DNA of 64,000 nucleotides from Fistulifera solaris. Taxonomy: Eukaryota. Under the pieces are notes generated by a model. The model was given only the letters and a program-made list of their open reading frames with translations. It did no database searches and was not told the origin of the DNA. How positions within the stretch are numbered: the stretch's first letter is position 1; every line of letters starts with the position of its first letter. Location: positions 2,170,001 through 2,234,000 of the forward strand of contig AP026162.1 of NCBI GenBank assembly GCA_030295235.1, in the 5' to 3' direction. Shown one piece after another: positions 11,984 to 23,644 of this stretch. The position numbers and the translations under genes were made by a program.

Positions 11984-13658
11984 TCAAGTGTAACAGTGCT
12001 CACGGTCCTTTGCAACAAATTCATCAAGGTCGTCGCTTGAGCTTCTGCAGGGGAGGTTGTTCGCCAGCTCGGTAAGAAAGTTCCAATTTCGAGCTCGCCT
12101 GGAAAAAATGTCATCGTTGGCTTCGTCCGTCTCCGTAGGGACTTTCACGAGCGGATTTGCACCTTCTCCGTCCTCGGCGAACTCGTTGACAATTTCCTTG
12201 CAGACATTCTCTTCAATTTGTTTCGGCAATGCATTGAGGTGCTTTTGCAATTCAGCAAGCAATTTGAGCTCATAATCATGGTACCGACATCTATCGTCGC
12301 GCCTATCAGCGTCCACTCTGGAGGGTGTACCGGGTTTGGTTTTAAGTTTGACGTCGCCGCGTCCTGAGAAAATCATAACTTTATTCGTTTTCGTCTCGTC
12401 GCCATTGTGTTCACGCACAGTGACCGGATGATTACTCTCATCAACGGTAAACACTTCCTGTTGATTGTTCGTGTTGTGAATATTCGAGTCAACTTTCTCA
12501 TTCATTGGGTGAGCAGAATTGAGTTCAGACGCATCGTCGCGTACAGCAGCACTTGGAATGGAGAGAGTTTGAAATCCGATCTGGATCTTTTCTAAAAGGC
12601 TGTCGCCTCGTTCCAGAACACTTGCCAATCGCATGCGTCGCTGCCCGAGCTTATCGTTTCGTAGCACGCCCGTAAACACGTTTGCAGTCCCTGGACATCC
12701 GAAAGCATGAAGTGAATATGTCTCATAATTTCGCTATCGTCACCGTTAAGTGAGACTGTTGGATCGACAATGGCAGAAAAGTAGGCATTGGCTTCTGATA
12801 CAACCGAGCGCAATGAATGGATTCGTTCCAATGTACTCTCACTTTGTGACGACGTGAAACAATGATTCAGCATTCGAGTCACAAGGGACGCGCTTTCCCG
12901 TCTCAAGCGCTTGAGCGCCACGAGAGTGACCACGCTCGTCTCATCATTCTCGGGCACCTCCTGTTCGCATATTTCCAGCAGCAAAGAGTTGATCCGCATC
13001 ATCGTTTCTTGCAATCTGGTCCGCAACGCGAATAGTGATGAATACGAAACCGATTGTTTCCGCAGAAACGCCAACTCCATTCGACTCACGCTCCTCGAGG
13101 ATGAACCTAGACCAAGCTGGATGCTCGTCGACGCTTGTAAGAAGTTTAAAACGTGATCGACCGTGTGCATCCATTCCGCGAATTGGCGTGTCAGATAATT
13201 CAGACGGTGCAAGTGTTGACACGATGGGATGATTCGAGCTGTGCCAAGCTCCAATGGTGGAGCACCTATACTGCAGAGTCTTCGAGACATATCTTTCCTA
13301 GCTTCTTGATACATCAACTGTTGTCGCGCCGTCATTCTCTTACGAACCACTTTAATTGCTGCCATCGTCATCATTGTGATTGCAAAACAGGACCCGATCA
13401 ATAAAACTTTGAAACAGAGTGCTGTCGGTTGGGCCAAGAGTCCTGCACCGAACGCAATTATCAGCGTGGCGTAACCATGACAAATATTACCAAAATGGAG
13501 CGCATCAAAAGGCTTGACGTTCGACTCCACAAATGTCGAATCTGGTGTATTGTTTTTACCGATTTCCTTGTGATGCCCGTCGTCCGCCGAAGAGAAGGTA
13601 TCCAAATGAAACTGAAGTTGAGGGTTCAACATCACCGCATTTCTCTAACTGGTGCCAT
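11984..13658 (-). CDS. Two-TM protein, vezatin-like (tentative); frameshift near 12598 and possibly near 13640
   Basis: Two hydrophobic helices, then D..L..LQ....LG....VSR.E...L..LR..L; ORFs 12592-13635 and 11984-12679 join by a 1-nt shift. Confidence 0.5.
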
Positions 13659-13798
13659 CCACTTCCCTTCTTACTAATTCCGATATTCTATCCGAAAGGG
13701 CTTTCTTAGGATGAAGAAACAGCAAGGTGATCATTAAACATCAACGTTCAGCTGTGAACGCGGGGCTCGCAAATAAAAAAGTAACACCGAACAATCAT

Positions 13799-13995
13799 CC
13801 CACATTTTCTGCGGACATGCTGAAAATGCCACGCCGTTCCCACATGTTCTGGAGACGTGAAAAACCACGTACCCACATCTTCTGGACACGTGAAAACATG
13901 ACGTACCCACATTTTCTGGACAGGTGAAAATAGCACTCCCCCACATTTTCTGGATACGTGAAAACACGACGTACCCACATTTTCTGGCATATGTG
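13799..13995. repeat. Minisatellite, 6 units of ~34 bp, core CCCACATTTTCTGGANACGTGAAAA
   Basis: Units start at 13799, 13839, 13872, 13906, 13940 and 13974. Confidence 0.92.
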
Positions 13996-14141
13996 CGACG
14001 AAGGAGACCGCACGCATCTTGCAGAAATCAGAACTCATCGTATTCAAATCATAAAGCAAAGATCGAAGTTCTTGGTATACGACAACAAGGTAATAAACCA
14101 CAGTCATCATTCTATTGTGGAAAAGCGTTGCTCAAAGAGGA

Positions 14142-15345
14142 ATGGGTAAATTGAAGAGAAAAAGATTGTCGAAGTCTAGCAAAGTGGTTTTGGTCGCTGA
14201 AACTCCAGCTGTCTATTCGGAAGATCTTGGTACAGTTGGAGTGAAACAACTACGCAACGGGCAAGGCGCTTCGTTAGAAGGATTCTCTCTTGTTGTGAAC
14301 TCCTCTGAAAAGAAACGGAGACTGGAAAGAAAGGTACGCTTCAACTGATGATTGCTGGATGGTCGATGAACGACCGTCACTGACATTCGTCTTTTAGGCA
14401 CGCTTCAATCTTACTGACAACAACAAGCCAACAACAATTGACCTACTTTATCGCCCTCTTGATGCAACAAGAGATAGTCGCAGCAAGGCACCCAGTGAAA
14501 GTGATCGGTTAATCGGAGAGAATACCTCCCTCGAAAAGCCGTACCTTCGTTTGACGGACTTTCCCAGAAAGGAAGACGTTCGACCGCTGAACGTGCTGGT
14601 CAAGTCATTAGCTCACATCAAAAATCGCTATATTAAAGATGAAGACTTTGAATGGGCGAACGAACAGCTGAAAAGCGTTCGACAAGATCTTACGGTACAA
14701 AGACTTCGCAATCCTTTCGTGCTCGAGGTTTACGAAACGCATGCCCGCATACTGCTGGAAGAGGGTGATCTCGACGAGTTCAATCAGTGCCAAACTGTCA
14801 TTCGAAATATTGTGAAAGGTGCTGGGTACGACGATGGATGCGGGGAGTTGCCTTTGGAAGAAATAATGGGCAGTAATGCCCTCTCTCGCAGAACGAGGAA
14901 ACGGAAGACGAATTCAGGGGTTATGGAATTCTGTACGCATTGGTACGAGAATGCATGGTCGCAGCTCAAATTGGAGCTGGCTCAAGTGAATGCGAGTAGC
15001 TTGGAAGGACGCGAGGGAATTGAGCTGAGTGCTGTCCACGCGATACAAGTTGTCAAGGCGGTGCAGGAATGCGACTACCGCACCTTCTTTCGACTTTATG
15101 AGTGCGCCCCTCACTTGTCGGCGTATCTGATGGACTTTCTGGTCAAACGGGTGCGCGATGAAGCGTACCATCGGGTTATAGCATCCCATCGTCCCACTGT
15201 TAGCATCGAGTACATTCGCGATGCACTGCATCTGGCAGATTTGGAAGAGACCAGAAGGTTTTTGCGACAACAGGGTGCTTCGTTTATTCAGGAAAAGGGA
15301 GAGCCGACGTTTTGGATTGATTGTAAATCCAGTCTGGCAAGCTAA
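14142..15345 (+). CDS. SAC3/GANP-family protein (LENG8/Thp3-like), intron 14334-14397
   Basis: G.NTSLEKPYLRLT..P..EDVRP..VL, EQLKSVRQDLTVQ, VYETHARI.LE.GDL.EFNQCQ; in-frame intron; start could be 13991 if there is a further frameshift. Confidence 0.88.
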
Positions 15346-15459
15346 AATGGGTCTCTTTTGTATAAATTTCATTTTCAGCTATCTGGTAACTAACCTATTC
15401 TGCTTGCAACGTATTCTATCTACTAAACTTATACTGTAAATAAGCTGCTTGACTGCTTG

Positions 15460-16200
15460 GCCAAGGCTGAATTGTAAAGTCGTGACCCGAAGAACAAAGG
15501 GTTCCGTTTTGCGTCTCTCGCATCCGTCCATTGTCATTCAACTGCAAATACAATTATAATTACGGGTAAATATAGTCGCAACAATGATGATTCTGAACTA
15601 TTTGTTGAGAGTTTCTTCTATTTTCACGTCGAAAAAATCCGAGGACCGACAGCTTGAGTTTTTACTATTAAACGGAGTGTTAGTTTACGCCAGCCAAGAC
15701 TGGATTGTACAGTGGTCATGAACCGAAAAACAAATAAGGGTTCCGTTTTGCGTCTCTCGCATCCGTCCATTGTCATTCAACTGCAAATACAATTATAATT
15801 ACGGGTAAATATAGTCGCAACAATGATGATTCTGAACTATTTGTTAAGAGTTTCTTCTATTTTCACGTCGAAAACTCGAGGACCGACAGCTTGAGTTTTT
15901 ACTATGAAACGGAGTGTTGGTTTACACCAGCCAAGACTGGATTGTACAGTAGTCATGAACCGAAAAACAAATAAGGGTTCCGTTTTGCGTCTCTCGCATC
16001 CGTCCATTGTCATTCAACTGCAAATACAATTATAATTACGGGTAAATAAAGTCGCAACAATGATGATTCTGAACTATTTGTTAAGAGTTTCTTCTATTTT
16101 CACATCGAAAAAATCCGAGGACCGACAGCTTGAATTTTTACTATGAAACGGAGTGTTGGTTTACACCAGCCAAGACTGGATTGTACAATATTCATGAACC
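15460..16200. repeat. Tandem repeat, 3 copies of a 237-239 bp unit plus a diverged ~45-bp partial copy
   Basis: TTCCGTTTTGCGTCTCTCGCATCC recurs at 15502, 15741 and 15978; copies differ by a few substitutions and indels. Confidence 0.97.
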
Positions 16201-16636
16201 ACAATTGTTTCATTTGTAGCATGCTTTTCACAAAAACAAAACGTCGCCTTTGACATCACAACAAAGCAATGTCGACTTCATTACCATCCTGTGGCAGTCC
16301 AAACAATAGGCGAAATCGGTGACACGACATTCGTGAATAATGTAACGTGACTTAAGTCGTTGACGTGACTAACAATATGATCATGACGTCATAATGTGAC
16401 CCTCGTGGTTTTGTACGTGGTTTTTGTACTGCAGTAGGAAAATGCGTGGCCTTGAACGAGTGTTTCAAGGGTTTCTTCACCGCTCGTTTTTGATGGGGAT
16501 GAAAATGAGCGATCAACGTCACCGCGCGGCAAGACCGGTCGCTGAAACTTTGGTACCATAGGTTATTGCGCAGCTCGACAAGGTGCAGAAAGGCAACGAC
16601 TGCTAGTGCTTTGAATAGTCAGTTTGATAATCGACC

Positions 16637-17772
16637 ATGGCAACCGACACGACAAAGGAAAAGGGAGAAGGCAGCGGTGTGCCGTTTTACGATGACCTGG
16701 AGAATTTGAAGAAATTGTGCGACTTTTTGCGAAGCAAAAATGGTCCTCCTGTGAGAGAAGCATTGTTGATGGAAAAGCGGGTCCATTACTTGAAAGGTAC
16801 GCTTGTTCGCTTTCCTTCAAAATAATTTTACATCCAGTTTAACATTCGTTTTCAAATTTCAGGAGAGAAGCTTGTCAACTTTATGTTCGAGCCGAAAAAG
16901 GGTGTTAAATGGCCGAAGAAATTGCCGAAATTTGAGAGTCGACAGGATGCGATTGCTGTTTGCAAGGAGCTTTGCAAACATCAATTCCTTCTTCGATCGG
17001 AGAAGCGAGGAAAAGGAGATCTTGGTGTAAGTTATTTTGTTTTCGCGTAATCTCTTTTACGCCGCCATGAATATAGAAACTAACCTTCTGGATTTATCAG
17101 GTCTCTCGAGTCCGCGAATTCGACGAGGCTGGTTACTTCACATGGCTTTATGAAGGAGATAAAACGGTCAGTCATGTTATGACAACTCTTCTCATTGTGG
17201 GGTTCTTGTTCTGCGTTTGCTTCCCTATATGGCCTGCTTTCCTCCGACTCTTTGTCTGGTACATGTCGGTTACTTTCCTCTTATTCACTTTCGGCTTGAT
17301 TACTCTTCGCGGTTTCGCCTTCTTGTTCATCTGGATGATTGGCTTCGAATTCTGGTTCCTTCCGAACTTATTTGACGAAAGTCTCGGCTTTGTAGACTCC
17401 TTCTCTCCTGTTTACTCGTTCGAATCAACAAAACCCGGTCAATTGCCTTACCGAATTGGTGTTGCCGTCGCGTTTTTCTCCTTTTGCTGGTGGGCCATCA
17501 CGCAACCATCGGAATTTGATGGCTTTGTTGCCGCGCAGGGAGATTTCTTGAAGGATCTGTACGCCGGTACACTGTTGTCGGACATGTCTCAGAGTGACAA
17601 AGAAAATATCGACAAACCGAAGGTCCAATCGCTCGAGGATCTGCTAAAGAGTTTGGAAGATGATATGGAGAATGAAAACTTCCGAAAGGAGGTTGATGAA
17701 GAGGAGAAGTTAGAGTCGTTGCTTGATAACCTCGTCGGAACGGAAGAAAATGTCGAAGAAGAGGAAGAATAA
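16637..17772 (+). CDS. SEC62: Translocation protein SEC62, introns 16797-16862 and 17027-17100
   Basis: KRV.Y.KGEKL, F.E.GYFTW.YEG, C.FPIWP, two TMs and FWFLPNLFDE..GFVDSF.P.YS; both introns keep frame. Confidence 0.93.
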
Positions 17773-17904
17773 AGACAAGCACTTTGTAGGTGTATTCTTT
17801 AATATCATAAGTTTTATTGTGCCATGCATAGTCTTTAGTAAATTGCTTGAAAGAAAATTTTTCGCTTTTACACGCTTACTCATACATAGTCAAAGTGCAT
17901 TGAC

Positions 17905-19050
17905 CTAAAATGGCGCTTTCGCTTGAAAAAAGCATTGGTGCTCCCGTGAAGGGATGAAAAAGGATAACTGCTCGGCATGGAGGCACAGCGGCATACCCAG
18001 CTCGTGCAATTGTGCCTCCAGATGAACCGCGTCGGCACTACGCGGGATACCGCAGTCACCTTCTCCCAAGTAGCCGTAAATGTCGTCCCCCAAAATCGGA
18101 TATCCCAACGCGGCGGTATGAACACGGAGTTGGTGAGTTCGACCCGTGAACGGCGTCAATTCAACTCGAGTGACGGGAAGTCGACGGCCTCCGGGGTGCT
18201 GCAAATATTCGTGGGATCGGACATCGACCAGAGTAAAACTCGGCTTGGGGGCTTGATCTATGAACTTATGAAAGGCAGGATGTACCACCGACGATGAGGA
18301 AGATCGTGATTGCGCGACACGCATAAAGGGAGGATGCAACGGATCTCGTTCGAGTGCAATGTCGACTTCGATCCCCGATACCATGGGAACATGACCGCAA
18401 AGCAGCGCTTGATACACTTTCTTCACTTGTCGATTGCGAAAGGCGTCGTGCAGAATTCGGAGTGCTGCTTCCGTCAATGCGTACACAATGATCCCACTCG
18501 TGTCCATATCCAAACGATGTACCACCATTTTGTCAATATCAATTGAGGGAGACAATACTTCGTGGACCAGACCCGCCAAGGACGGATTGCGACGAGGCCC
18601 GGGTACACTGAGGATTCCCGATGGTTTGCTCGCGACGCAAATGTGGTCATCAAAGTACAGTATGTGTAAATGTTGGGACGGATCCAATTTCCGTGACGCT
18701 CTGGTTTCTGCAGCGATTTTCATTTGTAACTTTCGTTGTTCTTCCGATGAAAGACTGCTATACACATCCAGCCGCTGAGCTGCCGAATGGGATAAATAGT
18801 CCGAATTCATGTTCATCAGATCCAGATCGGTGATAGCGCGAACGGGCGGGACACTGTCCGCGCTATAGGTTTGCAGCGGCAGGAGGTTGCTGATCCAGGG
18901 AACTAATTGAACGGTGACGGTTCGATTCATCAGGAAGGAAGACGGTGACAACTGTATCGGGGTGCAGACGGCAGACAACAGATCGAAGGAATGAACCTTT
19001 ACAGCGAAGAGGGAGATTGTTGCAAGAAAGAATTTGACAAGAGACCGCAT
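17905..19050 (-). CDS. RluA-family pseudouridine synthase, probable plastid presequence
   Basis: KPSG.LSVPG, VHRLDMDTSG, GRTHQLRVH, PILGD.IYG, LCLHA; signal peptide ending VHS-F. The expected HP.TG..M.F tail lies in a shifted frame near 17930-17960. Confidence 0.9.
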   Translation of the reverse strand: MRSLVKFFLATISLFAVKVHSFDLLSAVCTPIQLSPSSFLMNRTVTVQLVPWISNLLPLQTYSADSVPPVRAITDLDLMNMNSDYLSHSAAQRLDVYSSLSSEEQRKLQMKIAAETRASRKLDPSQHLHILYFDDHICVASKPSGILSVPGPRRNPSLAGLVHEVLSPSIDIDKMVVHRLDMDTSGIIVYALTEAALRILHDAFRNRQVKKVYQALLCGHVPMVSGIEVDIALERDPLHPPFMRVAQSRSSSSSVVHPAFHKFIDQAPKPSFTLVDVRSHEYLQHPGGRRLPVTRVELTPFTGRTHQLRVHTAALGYPILGDDIYGYLGEGDCGIPRSADAVHLEAQLHELGMPLCLHAEQLSFFIPSREHQCFFQAKAPF

Positions 19051-19660
19051 TGCAAGCTACCGTAGGCTTCACTATAAGCCCTCGTTCTTTGAAAGAAAAG
19101 TTGTCTCTGACGCCGATGATTTCTCTCAGCTCAGTCGGCCCATCGATATCTCCTTCTTCAAAGCGACTCTGTTATTGCTCTACCCCCGACAATAATATCA
19201 TTGAGTGGGCTCCGGATACTGCGACAGCCAGAAGATTCGAAGAGTTTACTTCGTATAGAATGTAGGCTATAATTTGTTACTTCGCTTTTTCATCGTCGCT
19301 CGTCGTCGCACAAAAAATGTCGTTGTTTGCTTCGTTTCATGATGATTCATTCATGACTGCTTTAGTCTTGGTGAGAAAGAACAACATTTTGGGACTATAG
19401 TGATGTTTTACTATAGACCCAAAGTGAAAGTGACCTTCGCCAGGACTGCATTTCAGTCATGAATCATCATTTTACTTTGTCGACTAAGGTTCATGTCAAT
19501 CGCACTTTCGATGAGCATCGGACGCGATCTTCGTTTACAGCGGCCTACGAACAGGCACGACGATGGGCGCAATGAAGTTCATTATATTTCTGTTATTATT
19601 ATTTGTGAGACGATCGGATTGATTAAGCACCTTTAACGACGACGACTCGAATACCTTACA

Positions 19661-22544
19661 ATGGCACCCAAGGATAGTGAAGTCGTAGAAATCTCGGCGA
19701 CGACCGAGAAAAAGGGCGATGAGAGTGAAAAGAAGACGGCCGGCAAAAGGGCGACGAGGAGGCCAAGGACACCTTGTCGGAGGAAGACAGAGAGCTGAAG
19801 GAACGTCTCGAAACGTGTGTTTCTACATTATTGAATGAGAATAATGAAGCAGCAGTGACGGTTCCGATTCGATTGAAGGCACTGGACATGATTGTGAATG
19901 AACTGCGTTCGGCGACCAGTAGTATGACGTCCGTCCCGAAACCACTCAAATTCCTCCGTCCGCATTTTTCGGTCTTGAAGGATCTATTCAATTCGATTAC
20001 TGGTGAATCGTCGTCCGTTGAAACGCAAATGTTGGGTTTAAGGGCTCGTTTGGCGGATGTACTCTCGGTACTCGCCATGACCATGGGCAAACCGGAAGAT
20101 CGAGAAAGTTTGCAGTTCAAACTGGCGGGCGCCAAGGATTACGAAGCGTTGGCACAACGTGGAGGCGAATCCCCTGCCGATAATTTGGGATCGTGGGGTC
20201 ATGAATATGTCCGAAGTTTGGCGGGAGAAATTGGAGAAGAGTATGCCGCTCGGGTCATCGCGGGGAGTAATCCGGAAGAAGATGAACCGTTTGCGGATCT
20301 GTTGCAAATGGTGGATGTGATCGTACCGTTCCATGTCAACCACAATGCCGAGGCGGAAGCGGTTGACTTGCTGATTGAAGTGCAACGCTTGAAGAACTTG
20401 TTGAAAATTGATACGATCGACGAGAAGAATTATCAACGCATCTGTTTGTACCTAATCAAGACCGCGGATTACATGTCCGACCCAGATGATCTAGTGGTGA
20501 GTGTATGATCGAACTGTTTTTTATGCAAGAGTTGTATCAGTTTTCTCACATGGATCGTGTTTCTCTTTGGCAGGAAATGCTCGAGACGGCATACGAAATT
20601 TACCGGTCGCAACATCAGTTTTACGATGCATTGCGCGTGGCGTTGCGCATGGCGAGACCCGAATGTATCACGGACCTGCTGAAAGAATGCGAGGATCCAC
20701 TGGAACGCAAACAAATGTGCTTTTTGTTGGGTCGGCACCGGGTCAATTATGAAGTGGACGATAGCGAAATCAAGGATGAAGACGCCTGGAAATTGAACGA
20801 GTACGTCGGCAACGAGAAAATTAGTGAGTTCTTTCTGAAACTGGCACAAGATTTGGACGTCATGGATCCCAAAACTCCAGAAGACATCTATAAATCACAC
20901 CTCGCCGAGACGGGAGGATTTAGCAGGAGGCGCGACATTGGTGGTGCGCAGGTCGATTCGGCTCGAGCCAACCTTGCCAGTACCTACGTGAATGCTTTCG
21001 TGAACGCTGGTTTCTGTCAGGATAAATTAATGACGCCGGACAGCGAGTGGCTTTACAAAAACAAGGATCACGGGATGTTAGCCGCAGCGGCTTCCTTGGG
21101 CTCGATTCTTCTTTGGAACGTTGAGGACGGGTTAACGCAAATTGACAAGTTCCTCTACTCATCGGAAGACTACGTGAAAGCTGGTGCCGCCCTTGCCATT
21201 GGTATCGTGAGTAGCGGAGTTCGAAATGAGGCAGACCCCGCCTTGGCTCTTCTTGCCCAGTATTTAGAAGAGGACTCGGACTCATCGCATGTGATGAAAT
21301 TTGCTGCGTGTACAGGCCTTGGCATAGCATACGCTGGTAGCGCACGAGAAGATGTCATGGAAATCCTTTTACCCGTCGTTGAAGGAACAGGTGGTGGACC
21401 GACGAAAGTGATGGAGGTTTGCTTGGCAGGTCTTGCGTTGGGTATGATTTACGTTGGATCCTGTGACGACAATGTAGGCGGTACCATTGTTCAACGACTT
21501 ATGGAAGCGACGGAAGACGAATTAAATCACTCTCATGCAAGATTTTTATGTCTTGGTCTTGCTCTTTTGTTCCTCGGTCAAATGGAGAAAGCGGACGCAA
21601 TGATTGAAGCGCTTCGCACGGTCGAGCATTCCATTTCGAAATATGCTGTTTTGATGTTAGAGACAGCTGCATATGCTGGAAGTGGCAACGTGTTGAAAGT
21701 TCAGGAGATGCTCCATCAGTGCACGGAGCATCTCACAGAGGGTGCCGAACACCAAATGGCTGCTGTCCTTGGTATTGGGCTTATTACGATGGGTGAAGAT
21801 GTGGGTTCCGAGATGGCCCTACGAACTTTTGATCACTTGCTGCACTATTGTGAACTTCCTATCAAGCGCGCAGTTCCCCTTTCACTCGCTGCGCTAAATA
21901 TCTCCAATCCAGACTTCACAGTTATCGATCAGCTGTCACGGTTGTCGCATGATCCTGACTCCGAAATCGCCCAAAACGCGATCATTGCGTTGGGCATTGT
22001 GAGCGCGGGCACAAATAACTCCCGTGTAGCTGGATTACTCCGCCAGTTGAGTGAATTTTACAGCAAAGAAGCAAGTCACGTGTTTTGTGTCCGAATCGCT
22101 CAGGGCTTACTCCACATGGGGAAGGGTCTCATGACACTGAACCCATTCCATTCCGACAGCATGCTCATGTGTGGACCTGCACTTGGTGGTATGCTAGTTC
22201 TTCTTCACTCCTGCCTCGATCTGAAAAGCACAATTCTTGACAAAAGCCATTATCTTCTCTATTACCTGACATGTGCGATGAACCCTCGAATGTTGATTAC
22301 AGTCGATGAGAACGTCGACATCGCCCCAGTTACGGTTCGTGTAGGTCAGGCTGTCGAGACAGTCGGTCAAGCCGGAAAGCCAAAACGGATCACGGGCTTT
22401 CAAACCCACACTACTCCTGTGTTACTTGCGACAAAAGAACGAGCAGAGCTTGGCACGGAAGAGTTTCTTTCTGTCAGTAGCGTCCTCGAAGGTGTGGTTA
22501 TTGTGAAAAAGAACCCCGAATACGAAACAGAAGAAAAGAAATAA
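19661..22544 (+). CDS. RPN1: 26S proteasome regulatory subunit RPN1/PSMD2, intron 20497-20573, 1-nt frameshift at ~19745
   Basis: SATSSMTSVPKPLKFLRPH, WGHEYVRSLAGEI, P.DIYKSHL, GQAGKPKRITGFQTHTTPVLL; ATG 19661 comes into frame if one A is added at 19744-19747. Confidence 0.97.
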
Positions 22545-22623
22545 TAAATTATTAAGAAACAATGTTTATTCGATTGCTTCGGATTAAAATGGAAGCTCGA
22601 AAGGTAGTGGAGCGCCATCCTGC

Positions 22624-23644
22624 TCACGCTTTGTCAGTGTAAAATCGAAAGCCAGAAAGAGCTAGTGTTACTCTCATGTCTTTTCCAATTGCAACGATGC
22701 CAGCTCTCCTCAATGCAGAAACATCAAACGAGTGTTCAGTAGCTCCAGGACCATGTCCCCGAAATGATGACCATGGGATTCGGACCAATCCCCAATCCTC
22801 TGTTGGCGCTTGGAATGTGGCGCGATAGGAAGAAAATGGTCTTGGGCAATCCTTTGTTTTCAAACTGATCATCATGTGATGTTAGAAATGATATTCCTTA
22901 CGTTGGTTAACAAGGCAAGAAGTATACTTACTGGACATTGAATTGAGCGTGGTCTTCATCTTGGGCTTTGCACACGACATCAAGTTCTAAACCGTCGTAG
23001 GAAGAAGCATCGACCGTATCGAGTTCCGCTTGATGTTGCGCCAAATTGGTCGCCATTTGTATAAAACCTCCGTTATTCTCCAGGCTCACATGTCCCCGTA
23101 GAACATTGGCTTCCCTTCCTTTGTATTTCTCACGAGCTAGATTACCATCTGAGCGTCCTCCCATGACGCGATCCGTGAAGCCACTCCACTGCGTCCCGGA
23201 ACTCGTCGTAGGGAAGGTTTCTGTCATGTCGTCGATGATTCCTGACTTGACACAGCTTGCGTAAGCACTCTTACTCTTTCGAATGCTCTACGAAATTCAG
23301 CTCTTTTGAGAACCGATTGAATGCTACTTGTATGACACAACAACTTTCGCACGTACCGATCCACTTTCGGACGACTTGCCTCCTCCTTCATCGATTCCGA
23401 CCGACAACGCGAAATCTTTGTTGGCTGCTCCGCCGACTTTTCCAATCTTTTTCAAGAAAGCCATTGCCTTGTTGTCGGCCTTTGTCGTTTCAATCGACGT
23501 TTTGTCGTCACTGACGGACCGGAAAATAATCTTTTGGAAATTCTTTTGTTTGCTCTGCAGAAACGATGAGCAGAATTTTTGACACTGAAAAAGAATCATT
23601 ATCCAAAGACAGTGAAATCGAAGGGAAGAGCGCGTCGTGTTCAT
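22624..23644 (-). CDS. CIA30/NDUFAF1-domain protein, probable plastid presequence; introns 23288-23356 and 22865-22931
   Basis: W...TDRVMGGRS.G and L.G.VSLENNGGFIQM; both GT-AG introns restore one frame (..SIRKSKSAY..; ..NVHLKT..). Confidence 0.88.

Noticed and set aside
13799..13995. CRISPR-like repeat/spacer appearance
   Set aside because: Linkers are only 8-12 nt and related to each other, repeats are degenerate, there are no cas genes and the context is eukaryotic.
15584..15597. C/D box snoRNA from ATGATGA..CTGA in the 238-bp unit
   Set aside because: The boxes are only 2 nt apart, with no guide region or terminal stem, so no RNA gene is called.
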